The notes under the pieces: model-generated
Seen by the model: the letters and a program-made list of their open reading frames with translations, nothing else
The model's database searches: none
What the model was told of the DNA's origin: nothing
Shown: positions 38,666 through 49,941 of the stretch, piece after piece
Position numbering within the stretch: position 1 is the stretch's first letter
Layout of the letters: every line of letters starts with the position of its first letter
NCBI RefSeq assembly: GCF_964355755.1
Contig: NC_092674.1
Coordinates: 19,840,001 to 19,904,000, forward strand
Direction of reading: 5' to 3'
Length of the DNA: 64,000 nucleotides
From: Antedon mediterranea
Lineage: Eukaryota; Animalia; Echinodermata
Made by a program: the position numbers and the translations under genes

Positions 38666-40751
38666 CTCTTCAATATTAAAATGGAAAACACTCAATAGTT
38701 AACTGAGGGTTATTGTATGTTTTGTATCGACATTTTTATGGTGAATTTATACGAAAATATTGTAAATGAATGCTTTAAATTGTTCTGTTTTTAAATTGGA
38801 AAATGTATTATTTAGTATTCGAATGGATTATAGGAATAATCCATTTTGATGTGCTGATTTCAACAGTTTGTCATTTTTATCCTTACAAAAAATTAAACCT
38901 AAGTATATTTTTTATAGTGCGGAGTTGATTAACTACAAAATTAATTTGTTTAGGTTTGTAAATATTTCCGATGTGCAGTGTAGCACGGTATACTAAGCCA
39001 AAGGTGACGACGTGTTCTCGATGCGAGTAACTGTTGTCATCAATTGTAGAGAAATACAAATTTAAAAAAAACTAAATAAAACAATTTAATGTTGAACATT
39101 CTAATTATTGTATAAAAAATAAGTTGAGATGTAGTATCTTATTGAAACTCAGTAAACATTTTCTTAGAAACCTAGCCTACAATTCGTCTGGGCCGCAGGT
39201 GGTGGAATTGGTAACTGTAAACTGCTCCAAAGATAGAAAAAACAACTATAATACTAGACTTGCCCCAAGTCTGTATTGTTTTTTTTTTAATTTATTTGTT
39301 TTTATTTCGACCGTGATTTTTGTCTGAAAATACAGACAAACTCAAGTAATACACGTATGAAACGCCATATGTGCAAAAATATTTATATTTTTACTAATAT
39401 TAAGAAAAAACTCCGTCTGGAGCCCAGACTACTATAATACCACCGTTTGAGAGTGTTACATTTTAAAGGGGTGGTACATGACTGTAGCTTATGACTATTA
39501 AAGTAATTTAATGAAAGTATAAATATATATATATATATCTTTATTTTATGGAAACCTGCAGTGAAGTTAAACTTTTTTTGTAACCTAATCACCGACATTT
39601 CCAATTGATATTAAGTGATCATAATAAAACCACTGATTTGACGAACATTCTTTTTTGTCGTCTTTTATTTGTGTGTTGAGACCAAAGGTGTAATCTACTT
39701 AAAAGCATGGTTGGTTTGAGAATAAAATGACATGGACTACTTTTTGATAGAAAACAAATAATAAATTAAGACTTTGATTGATCGTCATAAAAAACTAAGA
39801 TCGAGTCTTCTGTAAAGGAAAACTCCGGATTAAATTGATTGATAAAGCAGAATGAGTCATGTGAAAGAAATCCTATCCTTTCTATCTTAACATTTCGAAA
39901 AACGGTCCTGTTAGCTCTTTTTTTTTAGGGGCTTATTTCACGATACTCGTTCTGCTTGCCGGTGATGAAAAATACATAGACTTTATTATCAATATTGTTT
40001 ATAGGGAGCAGGCGAACACTAAAGTTAGGTTTGCGGTGGTACATCACCATGTGTTTCCAAACTGAGGATGTCTCAAGGTTTCGATTGTTTTGTTCAACCG
40101 TCTTCTGAAAAAAAACTAAAGTATTTACTTAAAATAGCACAGTCTAATTTACATTAGGACGACAACGATCGATGATATGGATAATATGAATTTTTCCGCA
40201 TAAAACAAACGAAATAACCATCTATGCTGCCTTTGATGAAAATAATATTTCCACACGTCAAAATCAATTGTTGTTAGTATGCAAATAGGATTGTGCATGT
40301 GTATGGGATGGGATTGGTGGTTTATTCGCGGTCAATACGAGCCACAGTGTTTTATTTGGTTGATCTTTTACATTAGAGGGTGCCTCATGTATTGTATTGA
40401 ATAGCTTCTAATATTTTACTATTATTATTATTTGACTGTAGACCTACTACAGTAGATGACGTAATTAAGTTAAGTATTATTGTGCCTTGATCGCTAAATT
40501 GGTAGCGAAATATCTGTTTCATGGAAAATATAAAATCGGTATATTTGCAACGTATTTGGCTACTGGTGTCCCAGTGATGAATATATTTAAAACAAATCAG
40601 TAGTTTAAGAAAATCCTGTTATTTATGTACAGGCATAAGCGCGTCACTCTGGTTTGCTATGACGTAATAAGGTGCTTTCCCCTTCTGTCTTGTATGTTTT
40701 TGTTTGGTACAGCAGAGTGCAGAGTGAGATTCAAAAAGTACAAACAAGGCA

Positions 40752-43149
40752 ATGTCTGCTCTTCAGAGGCCTAAAATAAGTCATGTCATATTTGATATGG
40801 ATGGTTTGTTAATTGGTAATTATAAATCCCATTTAATATTCTTATTTGATATTAGTGTGCATTGAATAGTCAATATAATATGCTATTTTTCGTAGGCTTG
40901 GGCTAGGCCTATTAAACCAGATATTCAATAACCGCGTATCATTCTTACTGTTTTAAATCATACTGTACGCATTTCGGTCTTGTTGTAAAGCGTTTCGGTC
41001 GCTTTTCGGTTTGACAAACTACAGTATTTATATCTATGCTTATGTAAATTAAACATTTGTATTTGAGCTCTGAATAAACGTTTAGGTCTAATACAATTAA
41101 TTTAATGAATGTTTTGCTTTCAAAATGAAAACATTCATGAATCATAGTGCTCATATTGATGTGCATGAACAATTTGCGTGATTTGACATTAATACTTTTT
41201 TTATTTAATTTCAAGCATGAAACAATAAAAATAAAATTATAACATTGCAATTTCAATCGAGTATTTTGATTCAAATTGCGCACAAACAAGCCAAACTTAT
41301 TTTAATAGTATTTGTTGGCCAAACAAGATTTAGTCAGAGTGAATGTTTGGGGCTTCCTATTACTGTTAACTGTGCCAAATTAGCTGCTGGTTTAAATTAA
41401 ACAGCCCTAGTCTCCTTAACATTTGACATTAACCTGTTGGAACTTTCATGAGTAGGCCTCGGACTAGAGTAATTAAAAAAAAAAAGATATATTTATCTGA
41501 AACCAGGAGGTATATTTACATTTTTTATGTGGTGGGGTGTATCACTAAACTTCATTTTCACTTACACTTAATGTTTGATGAAATGTTACGGTAAGTTTAA
41601 TAAGTAATGTGAAACACCGGGTCATCCGACATGCTCATTGCTTGACCTTAAACAAGATCACGCGACTTTAAATTTTTAAGCACCCATATATTTGTATTAT
41701 TTCAGATACAGAACGTTTGTATACAATAGTTTTTGAAGAACTCTGTTCTGAATATGGTAAAGCTTACACATGGGAAATTAAAGAGCAAAGTATGGGTCGG
41801 AAGCCTGGAGAGGGCGCTAAGATAGCTATTGATTCATTACAGTTGCCGTTGACAGTTGAAGAATTTCTTACAAAAGCTAAAGAAAAGCAAAGGAATGTTT
41901 TTCCACAGTGTTCACTTATGCCTGGTAAGATATCAAAAACAAAGATGTTGTATACATGGATCACAAATCTTAAGAACACTAAAATCAGTGGTTCTTATCC
42001 AAGGCCCACTTTGGTTAACAATGAAGCAAATTTAATAAGTGGTTTTGAATTTCTATAATTTTTCATAACAAAGCATCCAGAGGTTGAATTTGTGACAGAC
42101 ACTGAAATGTTATATATACTGTAGTGTATTTGCTTATTTTATCCCATGGGGGAAATCACTACAGGAAAATATTGAATAAACGGTATTCATGATTCAATAA
42201 CTGTTTTATCTAGGAGCTGAGAAACTTGTAAGACATCTACATCAAAGCAATATACCAATTGCAGTATCGACTGGCTCTGCATCAAAGATTTATGATGTAA
42301 AGACAACAAACCATAAGGAATTGTTTAAGCTGTTTCATCATATAGTGTGCTGTGGTGATGATTCTGAGGTGAAGGAAGGCAAACCACATCCAGCTGCTTA
42401 TACTGTTGCTCTACAGCGATTTGAAGCACCAATCCCAAAGCCAGAACAGGTGTGAAAGTCTGTTTATATAATGATGATAAATTGAACAATTAACAATATA
42501 AACTGAAACAATTAGTCATAACACCAAGCCTTAAACAATCCAAAATTAATGATAACAAATCTGTATGACACATTACAGTAAGTACTGTAAATGATTTATA
42601 CTGTGATTAGGTTTTTACGAATCCAGTTTAAAGTTTAGTTTACATTGAAAAGGTCTATTGCATATACAGTATGTCTAGCCTCACATTTAAGTTTTTTCAC
42701 AAATCTCAGTTTTTCTTTTTTCAAAATTACTTTAAAACTTCAAAATTCTGTTTACCATGCCTAAAATCACCAATCCTAGGCCACAACAATGTTGTGGAGA
42801 GTATGTTAATGAATTAGGAATATTTCAGCCTAGGAAAGTTTCAACCCAGTTGGCTTTGAGGTTTGGAAGGCAGGGTCATAATCACGTCGGCAACAATTTC
42901 AAACTTGACATGTATGCTATTTTCTCTATACTTTAAAATTGAACTAAAACTTTATCTGTCAAATTCCAGGTACTTGTATTTGAAGATGCACCAAATGGTG
43001 TCAAGTCAGCAAGAGCTGCAGGGATGCATGTGATCATTGTTCCGGATGATCGATTAGATGAATCAAAGTCAAAGGATGCACAAATGCGCTTGAAAAGTCT
43101 TGAGGATTTTGTGCCAGAAGAATGGGGCTTGCCTGCATATGACAGTTGA
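40752..43149 (+). CDS. PUDP: Pseudouridine-5'-phosphatase (HDHD1/GS1, HAD superfamily), 232 aa, 4 exons
   Basis: Exons 40752-40815, 41706-41924, 42214-42449 and 42970-43149. HAD motif I HVIFDMDGLLIDTE, motif II AVSTGS, motif III GKPHP, motif IV LVFEDAPNGV. C-terminus SLEDFVPEEWGLPAY is typical of PUDP. Confidence 0.95.
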
Positions 43150-44425
43150 TTACAATTATTGCCTGACTACTTTATTTCTAGGCTTAACAAACAGTGTGGC
43201 TTTTAATTACAATATTTATAATAATTACACCTTAAATTTAAAAATGAACATTGGCTGTAATGAGAGTGATGAACTTCATTGGTGTTGCAAATGCATAATG
43301 GTTAGACAGGAAATTAAGCTGTATTGTATTATCTAATACAGTATTGCAACAAGAAAGGAAAATAAATAAATAAGCACCAATTGTAAAGTGAGCTTTATCT
43401 TCAAGAATAATCTGCTGATGCGTATAAGCCCAATACACCATTCCGTTTATTATTTTCGTCCTTTATCCTAAAATGAAATCTCGCAATTACTTGAACAGGA
43501 CACTTTCGAAACAACTGTATTCTTAATTTCAAATAACAAGATTATAATTCATTAATATATTTTTTCGTAAGGTGACAAGATGTACTGTACTAATAGTTTA
43601 CATTTTGAGGTTAGCTCTAAATGAAATTGTCTTGCACTTGCACTAACTTTCCACATGGATTGCAAAGTATAAAAAGTTATCTATACAATATGAATGAAAT
43701 ATGTATAACTATAAATACTGTTACAGATTGTTTTTATTACAATTACAGCAGATCTCCCAAACTCACTCGGTATTGCCGAAAAGCTCACGATATTTTGAGT
43801 CATCTCCCACAAAAAATGCAATTTCTTACCATATTTTTGACAACCAAAAAAAATCTCTTATAATTTCTACTATTCTAGATATTGATGAGAGAATAGAAAA
43901 CATACTAATTTCGGTCTGCAATATGTTTAATAAGTTAAATAATGAGTTGGTACAGCATCTATGGCAAGTATTAGACTTGCCAATATTTTTAGGATTTTTT
44001 TATAGCGCACTCTATGGCTTGATTTATAATTATAGAGCCCTCTATAGTTTCATAAAACCTCCCAATATTAATTTTTCCAAGTTAGGAGGTCTGTACAGTA
44101 ATGTATGCATTCCAAATTTATTCTTCCTTCATTTTTTACAAAAATCTATTCAAATACAGTAATAATTCATGAACTGGTGTTAAATTTCCCTTCTGAAAAA
44201 TGACTGACCAAAAGTACATGTAAGACCTGTACATCAATTCCTCTTTCAAAACTTCATATTTTCTATTTATGCTTTGATGGAAATTGTCATCATCATCATT
44301 TGTATAACTGTGTGTTCTCTAATATACATATGCTTTTTTGAGATGCACGGTTATTGAGCAAAAATGACCAATATTTAATGTCTTTTTTCAATCATACTGT
44401 GCTCCATTATACAGTTGTCTTTGTC

Positions 44426-47400
44426 TCACACTGTCCATTTAAGACACCTGCAAAAATAATACCAATTTATAGTAAGTACTTTTTATCATGTATGTAATGT
44501 ATATTTTAAATTTGGAAAGATGTTAATAAAGTAACAATTAAATTATTTTGGTGTTATGTAATATTTCAGAGTTTCTTATGCATTTCCGCAGCAAGTTATG
44601 TGTACAGTATATTATCATAGTGAGCTATTATCGCTACCTAGGTTATTATTTGTATTTGTTTGGATAACGTAAAAACTAAAAGACGCATATTTACTAAATA
44701 GACAGTTATAAACATATAGATATGTGGTCACAGACAACCCGGAACAGCATCCTAATAAAATGGACCACTTTTTATTATTTTACTTAGCCCATCTGTCAAA
44801 AATACAAGCCAGATCTTTATCATGATTCTCAACCCTTTTTCTTGTTTTACTCCGGCTGCGGGGGTTCAACTCTCCGATTGCTCTTGTTGTAAAATATATT
44901 CTTACCTTGTGTCTTGATGAGTTCCTAAACATTTAACACAACAGTATCTAGCACCACATGAAACACAAGTATAATTTGAAGGAAATGTGAACAGCAGTTA
45001 AGGAAAAGAATTCATCATATAAAAGTCATGTTGTAAACCAGACCATATACTGCACAGGTTCAGTACTTGGTTTATAAAATACTAATTGTTTGATAATTTT
45101 CCAACTAAACTAGCCCTAGCTGACTGATTAGAAGAGATGGTAAAGTTATGTTCGTTAATACAGTATATGTCGATACTGCACACAGTCATGCAATTAATTT
45201 ATAATTATTAGCAATGGTGCAGTGGAGAAGAAAGTAGAAACAAAGTTATTTGTTATTTCTGATCAATTTCACTGTAATGTGATTCTTGAGTGGTAGGTAC
45301 AGTAGTAAAACAGACACTGATGGGAAAACAAAAATTTATATTGAAATTTATAGATTAGAAAAAACTTTAGTAAAGGTTATTTACTACCCATGCAATCTGT
45401 ACTATATTATTTTGTTGTGTAGTGGTAATTCTTCCTTTTTGTATTGTATTTTTAATAGTTTTAAAAATGTTATGACACAAGCTTTTAATCTGTATGTATT
45501 ATACATAACCTAGCTTTTAATGTATATTTGTGTATTTAGTTGTAATCTTCTGAATTTGTATAGTATATTTTTTTTTTGTATTTCATGCCAATTTCAAATG
45601 AATTTCTATTTATTTTACTATAGACAATAACATAATATCAGTATCAGTATTCATGTAAGTTTCTTAGTTATATTGGGTCCATTTTATTTATTATTGTTTT
45701 ATCAATCAATTAAGGATTTTTATCATTTCTACATTCAAACAATATCAAAAGGATATCCACAGACATTACAGAAATGCCTTTGAGGTAGAGTTGATGGCGA
45801 TACACCAGCTGTGAAGTAGGTATTTGGTTGCATGTTACTTGTCTGTTCCTCTTCTAATAGCATATTGAACGTCTTGCGAAATCGCTGTTTAAAATGGTCT
45901 CCTCTTGTTTTTCTTTTTTTCTTAGGTGTATTTGATGCTGTAAGTGTAAAGTGAACATTTGATAATTTTTATATTAAATATACTAATAGTGCCGGATATA
46001 TTTTTGTTGGTGTGTTTTGATTACCAACAATGACATATTTTTCTTGCAACATTTTAAAACTATTCCGATTTCACAATAGCTAGTTTGACATCACTTTTGA
46101 TAAACAAGCTAGTAATTTATGTGAACCTAAAATGATCTATAGAATAACCACCCTAACATGATCTAGTGGAATATGTTGGAGAATAAAGATAAGATTAGGA
46201 GATACATAAACCCTACATACACATTTCTGATGGAAAGAAAAGGAGAACTTCTGAATATCAGCTAACCCACTGGAAAGGTTACACTCTTTCCGGTTGAAAT
46301 AACCTAGTTTAATTTGATAAATTAACTTGTTAACAAGTTAGAATCAACCAATCAGCATTTGATTAAGTATCCAAGTCATTGCACACAACCTTATTAGCTC
46401 AATTACCTATAATAGATCATGATAATAATGTATATGAATCATACCTTATCATGCCAAAGGTTCAATACAATAGTTTGAAAAATTTTACTGTTGAGTATAG
46501 TTTTTTCGGAGTATTTTGAGCATTGTGTTGTAAACGTTTTCTATTGGAATGATTTTCTGTTTGTTATTCAAATACAAAAGTACTCAACGAATCTTTATCA
46601 TATTTTGACAACAAAAGTATCAATATGGTATAAACTTATAAATTCCAACAACCCAAAAACCAACTATAACAAAACAGATTAAATTAAGAGTTCAAAAGAA
46701 TAAACAATAAAAATACCTGGTTCTTCATCAAACTGAGGTAATTTCTTCTTGAGTAATACAAGATTAGCTTGAGGATCTTCCTGGAAATTGTCCTGCTCCA
46801 GTGCATCAAGCTGCTTTCTCATCCGCTTGGCACGGGTAAATTTATCAAGTATACGGCGCTGCTGTTGGTCTCTGATGCGCCCTTTTTAATGACACAAAAC
46901 AAAATATTTAATTTAGCTATGAGTATGATCTAAACTTTAAAAATTGAGATAGGCCTATGCAATGCCCTAGTAGGTCTAGGCCTTGTATTAATATTATTAA
47001 TATTATGTCTACATAAAGCGCATTTGTTGATTATTCTCTCCCCTCCTCGACGATCCATCTTGGCCTCACATCAACTCGGCCAAAAACTAATCGGTCAACT
47101 TGGCCCCATTAAAGTATGGAACGCAAAATGTGCAGACGAAGCGAATTGCAAAAAGAATAAAATAATTTTTAATATAGGCCTAGGCCTATTAGTATTATAT
47201 ATTTTTTTATTTTACTGTATTAATCTAATAATATCTACCTAATATATCTGAGAAGATGACGCGAGGCCGAATTGACTTGAATTGAGGGCGAGTTGACGTG
47301 GGGCCGACTTGACTTTGGCCGAGACGGTTTATATTATATTTATGATCGCAACGCAAGTTGGCCTGCACTCAACAAAAGAAGGAAGGGCCATCCATGAGAA

Positions 47401-47765
47401 TAGACCTACGCTGCCTAGGACTCGAGACTAGGCCTACTACTAGCCTAGGCTAGGGCTAGCCTGGCACTATATGGCCTAGTACATAGTAGCCTATCCCCTA
47501 GGTCTAGCCTAGCCTGGTAATGGTATGGTAGAGAGAGAGTGCCGAGATACTGCTGAGTGCGTGCGATCGAAGCGAGAGCCTACTACCCTAGCTAGGCTAG
47601 TCAAAAACATTTTTAAAAAGGGGCCTAGAATAAGACAATCATTTCTTTGATATTCCCATGATGAATAATTAGTGTTTATTTCTAAAACAATATTGTATTT
47701 ATAGTAATAAGTGTGTTACAAAACAAAATATCTTTACGTATACCCGATTCACGTTTATCAGCCAT
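44426..47765 (-). CDS. ZNHIT1: Zinc finger HIT domain-containing protein 1 (SRCAP/SWR1 subunit, Swc6/Vps71 ortholog), 156 aa, 5 exons
   Basis: Exons 47765-47744, 46881-46717, 45937-45757, 44986-44906 and 44447-44426. Translation includes QLDALEQDNFQEDP, KKKRKTRGDHFKQRFRKTF, RHFCNVCGFPSNYTCVSCGARYCCVKCLGTHQDTRCLKWTV. Intron 3 is AT-AC. The gene is essentially missed by the supplied ORF track. Confidence 0.95.
44573..44888 (+). mobile_element. Helentron/DINE-like element in ZNHIT1 intron 4
   Basis: 5' CCGCAGC pairs with 3' GCTGCGG. Contains TTTGTATTTGTTTGGATAAC and ends GGGGTTCAACTCTCCGATTGCTCTTGTT, resembling HINE-type ends. Confidence 0.5.
44987..45756 (-). other. U12-type (minor spliceosome) AT-AC intron, 770 nt
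   Basis: Minus strand: 5' splice site |ATATCCTTTT at 45756, branch site TTCCTTAAC at 45005-44997, 3' end TTCAC| at 44987. Removing it restores CNVCG-FPSNYTC in frame. Confidence 0.95.
47050..47330. mobile_element. Internally deleted copy of the 54107-54903 MULE-like family, ZNHIT1 intron 1
   Basis: CAACTCGGCCAAAAACTAATCGGTCAACT...AAAGTATGGAACGCAAAA and GAGTTGACGTGGGGCCGACTTGACTTTGGCCGAGACGGTTT both match the 54107 element. Confidence 0.8.
47400..47630. repeat. CTAG/AGGCCT-rich low-complexity tract in ZNHIT1 intron 1
   Basis: Dense irregular TAGGCCTA, TAGCCTA and TAGGCTA words. Confidence 0.8.
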
Positions 47766-48155
47766 TTTGTCGTCTGCTTTGTTGTTTTGCTCTTTGCTTC
47801 TAGCTAAATCAGTTGATTGGATTGGACAAATAAAACGCGGTTTCCAATTGGACAGGGAAAGTTTGAATAGTTTCAAATAATAAAACTACTTGTAATTTCT
47901 TTATAAATTATGTGTAATAAATAAGTAAAACTATATAAATTGGAAAAATGATAACAGTCTATTGTGTATAATCATTTAAAGCTTGTATTGTATTTTGTAC
48001 AATTACTGCTTTTTATGTGTATTGCCTCTCTGACCAATCAGAGGTGAGATAGCATAATCACAGGCCTAGCGGCTAAGCGGATTTTTTGAAAGAACAAAAG
48101 TCAAGGAAATCAAGTTTGATGGTGCTGAAGTTTGGGCCTAACATTTTATATAATT
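47766..48155. promoter_or_regulatory. Bidirectional ZNHIT1/ECT2 promoter with CCAAT boxes and CDE/CHR, plus the ECT2 non-coding first exon
   Basis: ATTGG x2 (47816-47825), CCAATTGG (47844), CCAAT (48034), GCGG-ATTT-TTTGAA (48077-48090), more TTTGAA/TTCAAA at 47862-47877, donor GTAAGT at 48156. Confidence 0.7.
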
Positions 48156-48284
48156 GTAAGTACATTAACGATGAAACTGATTTATTTTACTCACTAAAAT
48201 GTTATAATATAACATATACTTGGTAATTGACTAGCAATATGAATATTAGGTCTACCTATACACTAAACATTTTTGGATAGATAC

Positions 48285-48615
48285 TGATAGGCTACCTAGT
48301 AGGCCCTAACTAGCTAGTCTAGGAGGCCTAGCTAGGCTAGGTAGGTAGCCCTAGCTAGAGGCCCTCTCTAGCTAGGCTAGGCCCTACAAGTTGTTATGGC
48401 AGCTGCTCCAGACAATGCCATGCCTGCCTAGGTAGGCTAGGGCTAATTGGAACTAGGCCTAGGCTAGGCCTACCTATCTAGAGGCCTAGCTAGCCCCTCA
48501 CTCAGAGACTAGGGCTAGGCCTAGGTAGGCCTAGTTAGGCTAATCCTATCTCCTACTAGAGAGTCTAGCAGACTAGTTAGGTAGTAGGTAGGGCCAGGCC
48601 TACTATACTACTACT
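48285..48615. repeat. CTAG/AGGCCT-rich low-complexity tract in ECT2 5'-UTR intron
   Basis: Dense irregular TAGGCCTA, TAGGCTA and CTAG words over about 330 bp. Confidence 0.85.
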
Positions 48616-48688
48616 AAAGTCTTTAAAAAATGTTTTGTTTTGTAATGTTACAAATTACAAATGTATTATTTTTTTACTTATAAATTAA

Positions 48689-49731
48689 TGCCGTGGCTAA
48701 AGATACGGTACCGTATCCTAACTTCCGTTTACTAAAGGTACGGTAAAATTGCATTACGTCATAATCAGCCAATCAATGGGGTGCTGGTACGTGTGTGATG
48801 TCATCGTATAAGGACTTTGGATTTTTTTTCACATCGCATCTGTAGAGAATGCCTATCGGCGGCGCCAGGTTGCATGGATGTGTGCGCTGATGATTCTGTG
48901 ACTCAGCCTCGGGGCTAGACCTAGCAATATGTTGAATCCAGAATCGTTGATGCTGTAGTAATAGAGCAAGATCATGTGGTTTGTGGACGTTACATAAAGC
49001 GTTTAAAGCATGCACTCAATCTCAAATATTATTTCATTATAAACCATTATACACTACACTACAGTAGAAATATGTTGATAGCCAAATTAGAAAAAGGAAT
49101 TATAATTCAATGTTGGAAGTTGTGTTCATTCGTCCATAGTTACACTATGAGTATGAGGGTTTTATTTTTATTCCAAATGGCCTATTTACTTTAGGCCTAT
49201 ATTTTTTAATACACTTTGTTTACAGATGGTGACCATAAACAAAAATCAAATGCGGACAATAAAGGGGCCCTCAAATACTATGACTTAGACAATAGACCTA
49301 GCCCCAGGTCTTAGTGACAGAAATCAGCACACACATGCAGCTGGCCCCAGCCTGGCAAACAAACTCATATACCGAGACTACAGGTTATAGCATGGTTATA
49401 GTACGTAGTAGGCCTCTTTTGAAACGGTAAATTTCTGTATTCTAGAATTAAAATCAACATGTTTTAGCCTATCAATAATAACAGACGTAGGCCTAGGCTA
49501 CATTTAGTTTTGTCACACGACTGGGATAATAGCGATAAATGAAGCATAAAGAAAATGTTAAGCCGCCGGTTGATCACTGTTTTCGCGATATGAAAAAAAA
49601 TCCCAAGTCCTTATACGATGACGTCACACACGTACCAGCACACCCCATTGGCTGATTATGACGTAATGCAATTTTACCGTACCTTTAGCAAACGGAAGTT
49701 GGGATACGGTACCGTATCTTTAGCCATGGCA
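48689..49731. mobile_element. Mutator-like non-autonomous element, ~150-bp TIRs, 9-bp TSD
   Basis: TGCCGTGGCTAAAGATACGGTACCGTATCC... and inverse ...GGATACGGTACCGTATCTTTAGCCATGGCA, with perfect TSD ATAAATTAA (48680-48688, 49732-49740). Confidence 0.9.
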
Positions 49732-49941
49732 ATAAATTAAAGCCATAGCTTGTGTGTCCCTCGACAATTTTTTTATTAATATTCTTTTCCAAAAAGGGTG
49801 GGAGGCCCAAATAATTAGATAGGCCTAGGCTTAGTGGGTCACCCACCACAATTACTGTACATCTGAATGAACATAATTGTATTTTACACTTATTAAGTAT
49901 TCTCATATTTTCAGATCTAAAGGATAAGTAAACTTTTAAAG

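Noticed and set aside
42471-42506. ATGATGA...CTGA in PUDP intron 3 as a C/D box snoRNA
   Set aside because: Only about 36 nt, with no terminal stem or recognisable guide sequence.
43701-44162. 153-aa ORF between PUDP and ZNHIT1
   Set aside because: AT-rich low-information translation with no domain. It lies in the convergent 3'-UTR interval.
46882-47743. ZNHIT1 intron 1 (GTATAC donor, weak AAAAAG acceptor) as a second U12 intron
   Set aside because: The donor lacks the GTATCCTT consensus and no TCCTTAAC branch site lies near the 3' end. Treated as U2-type.
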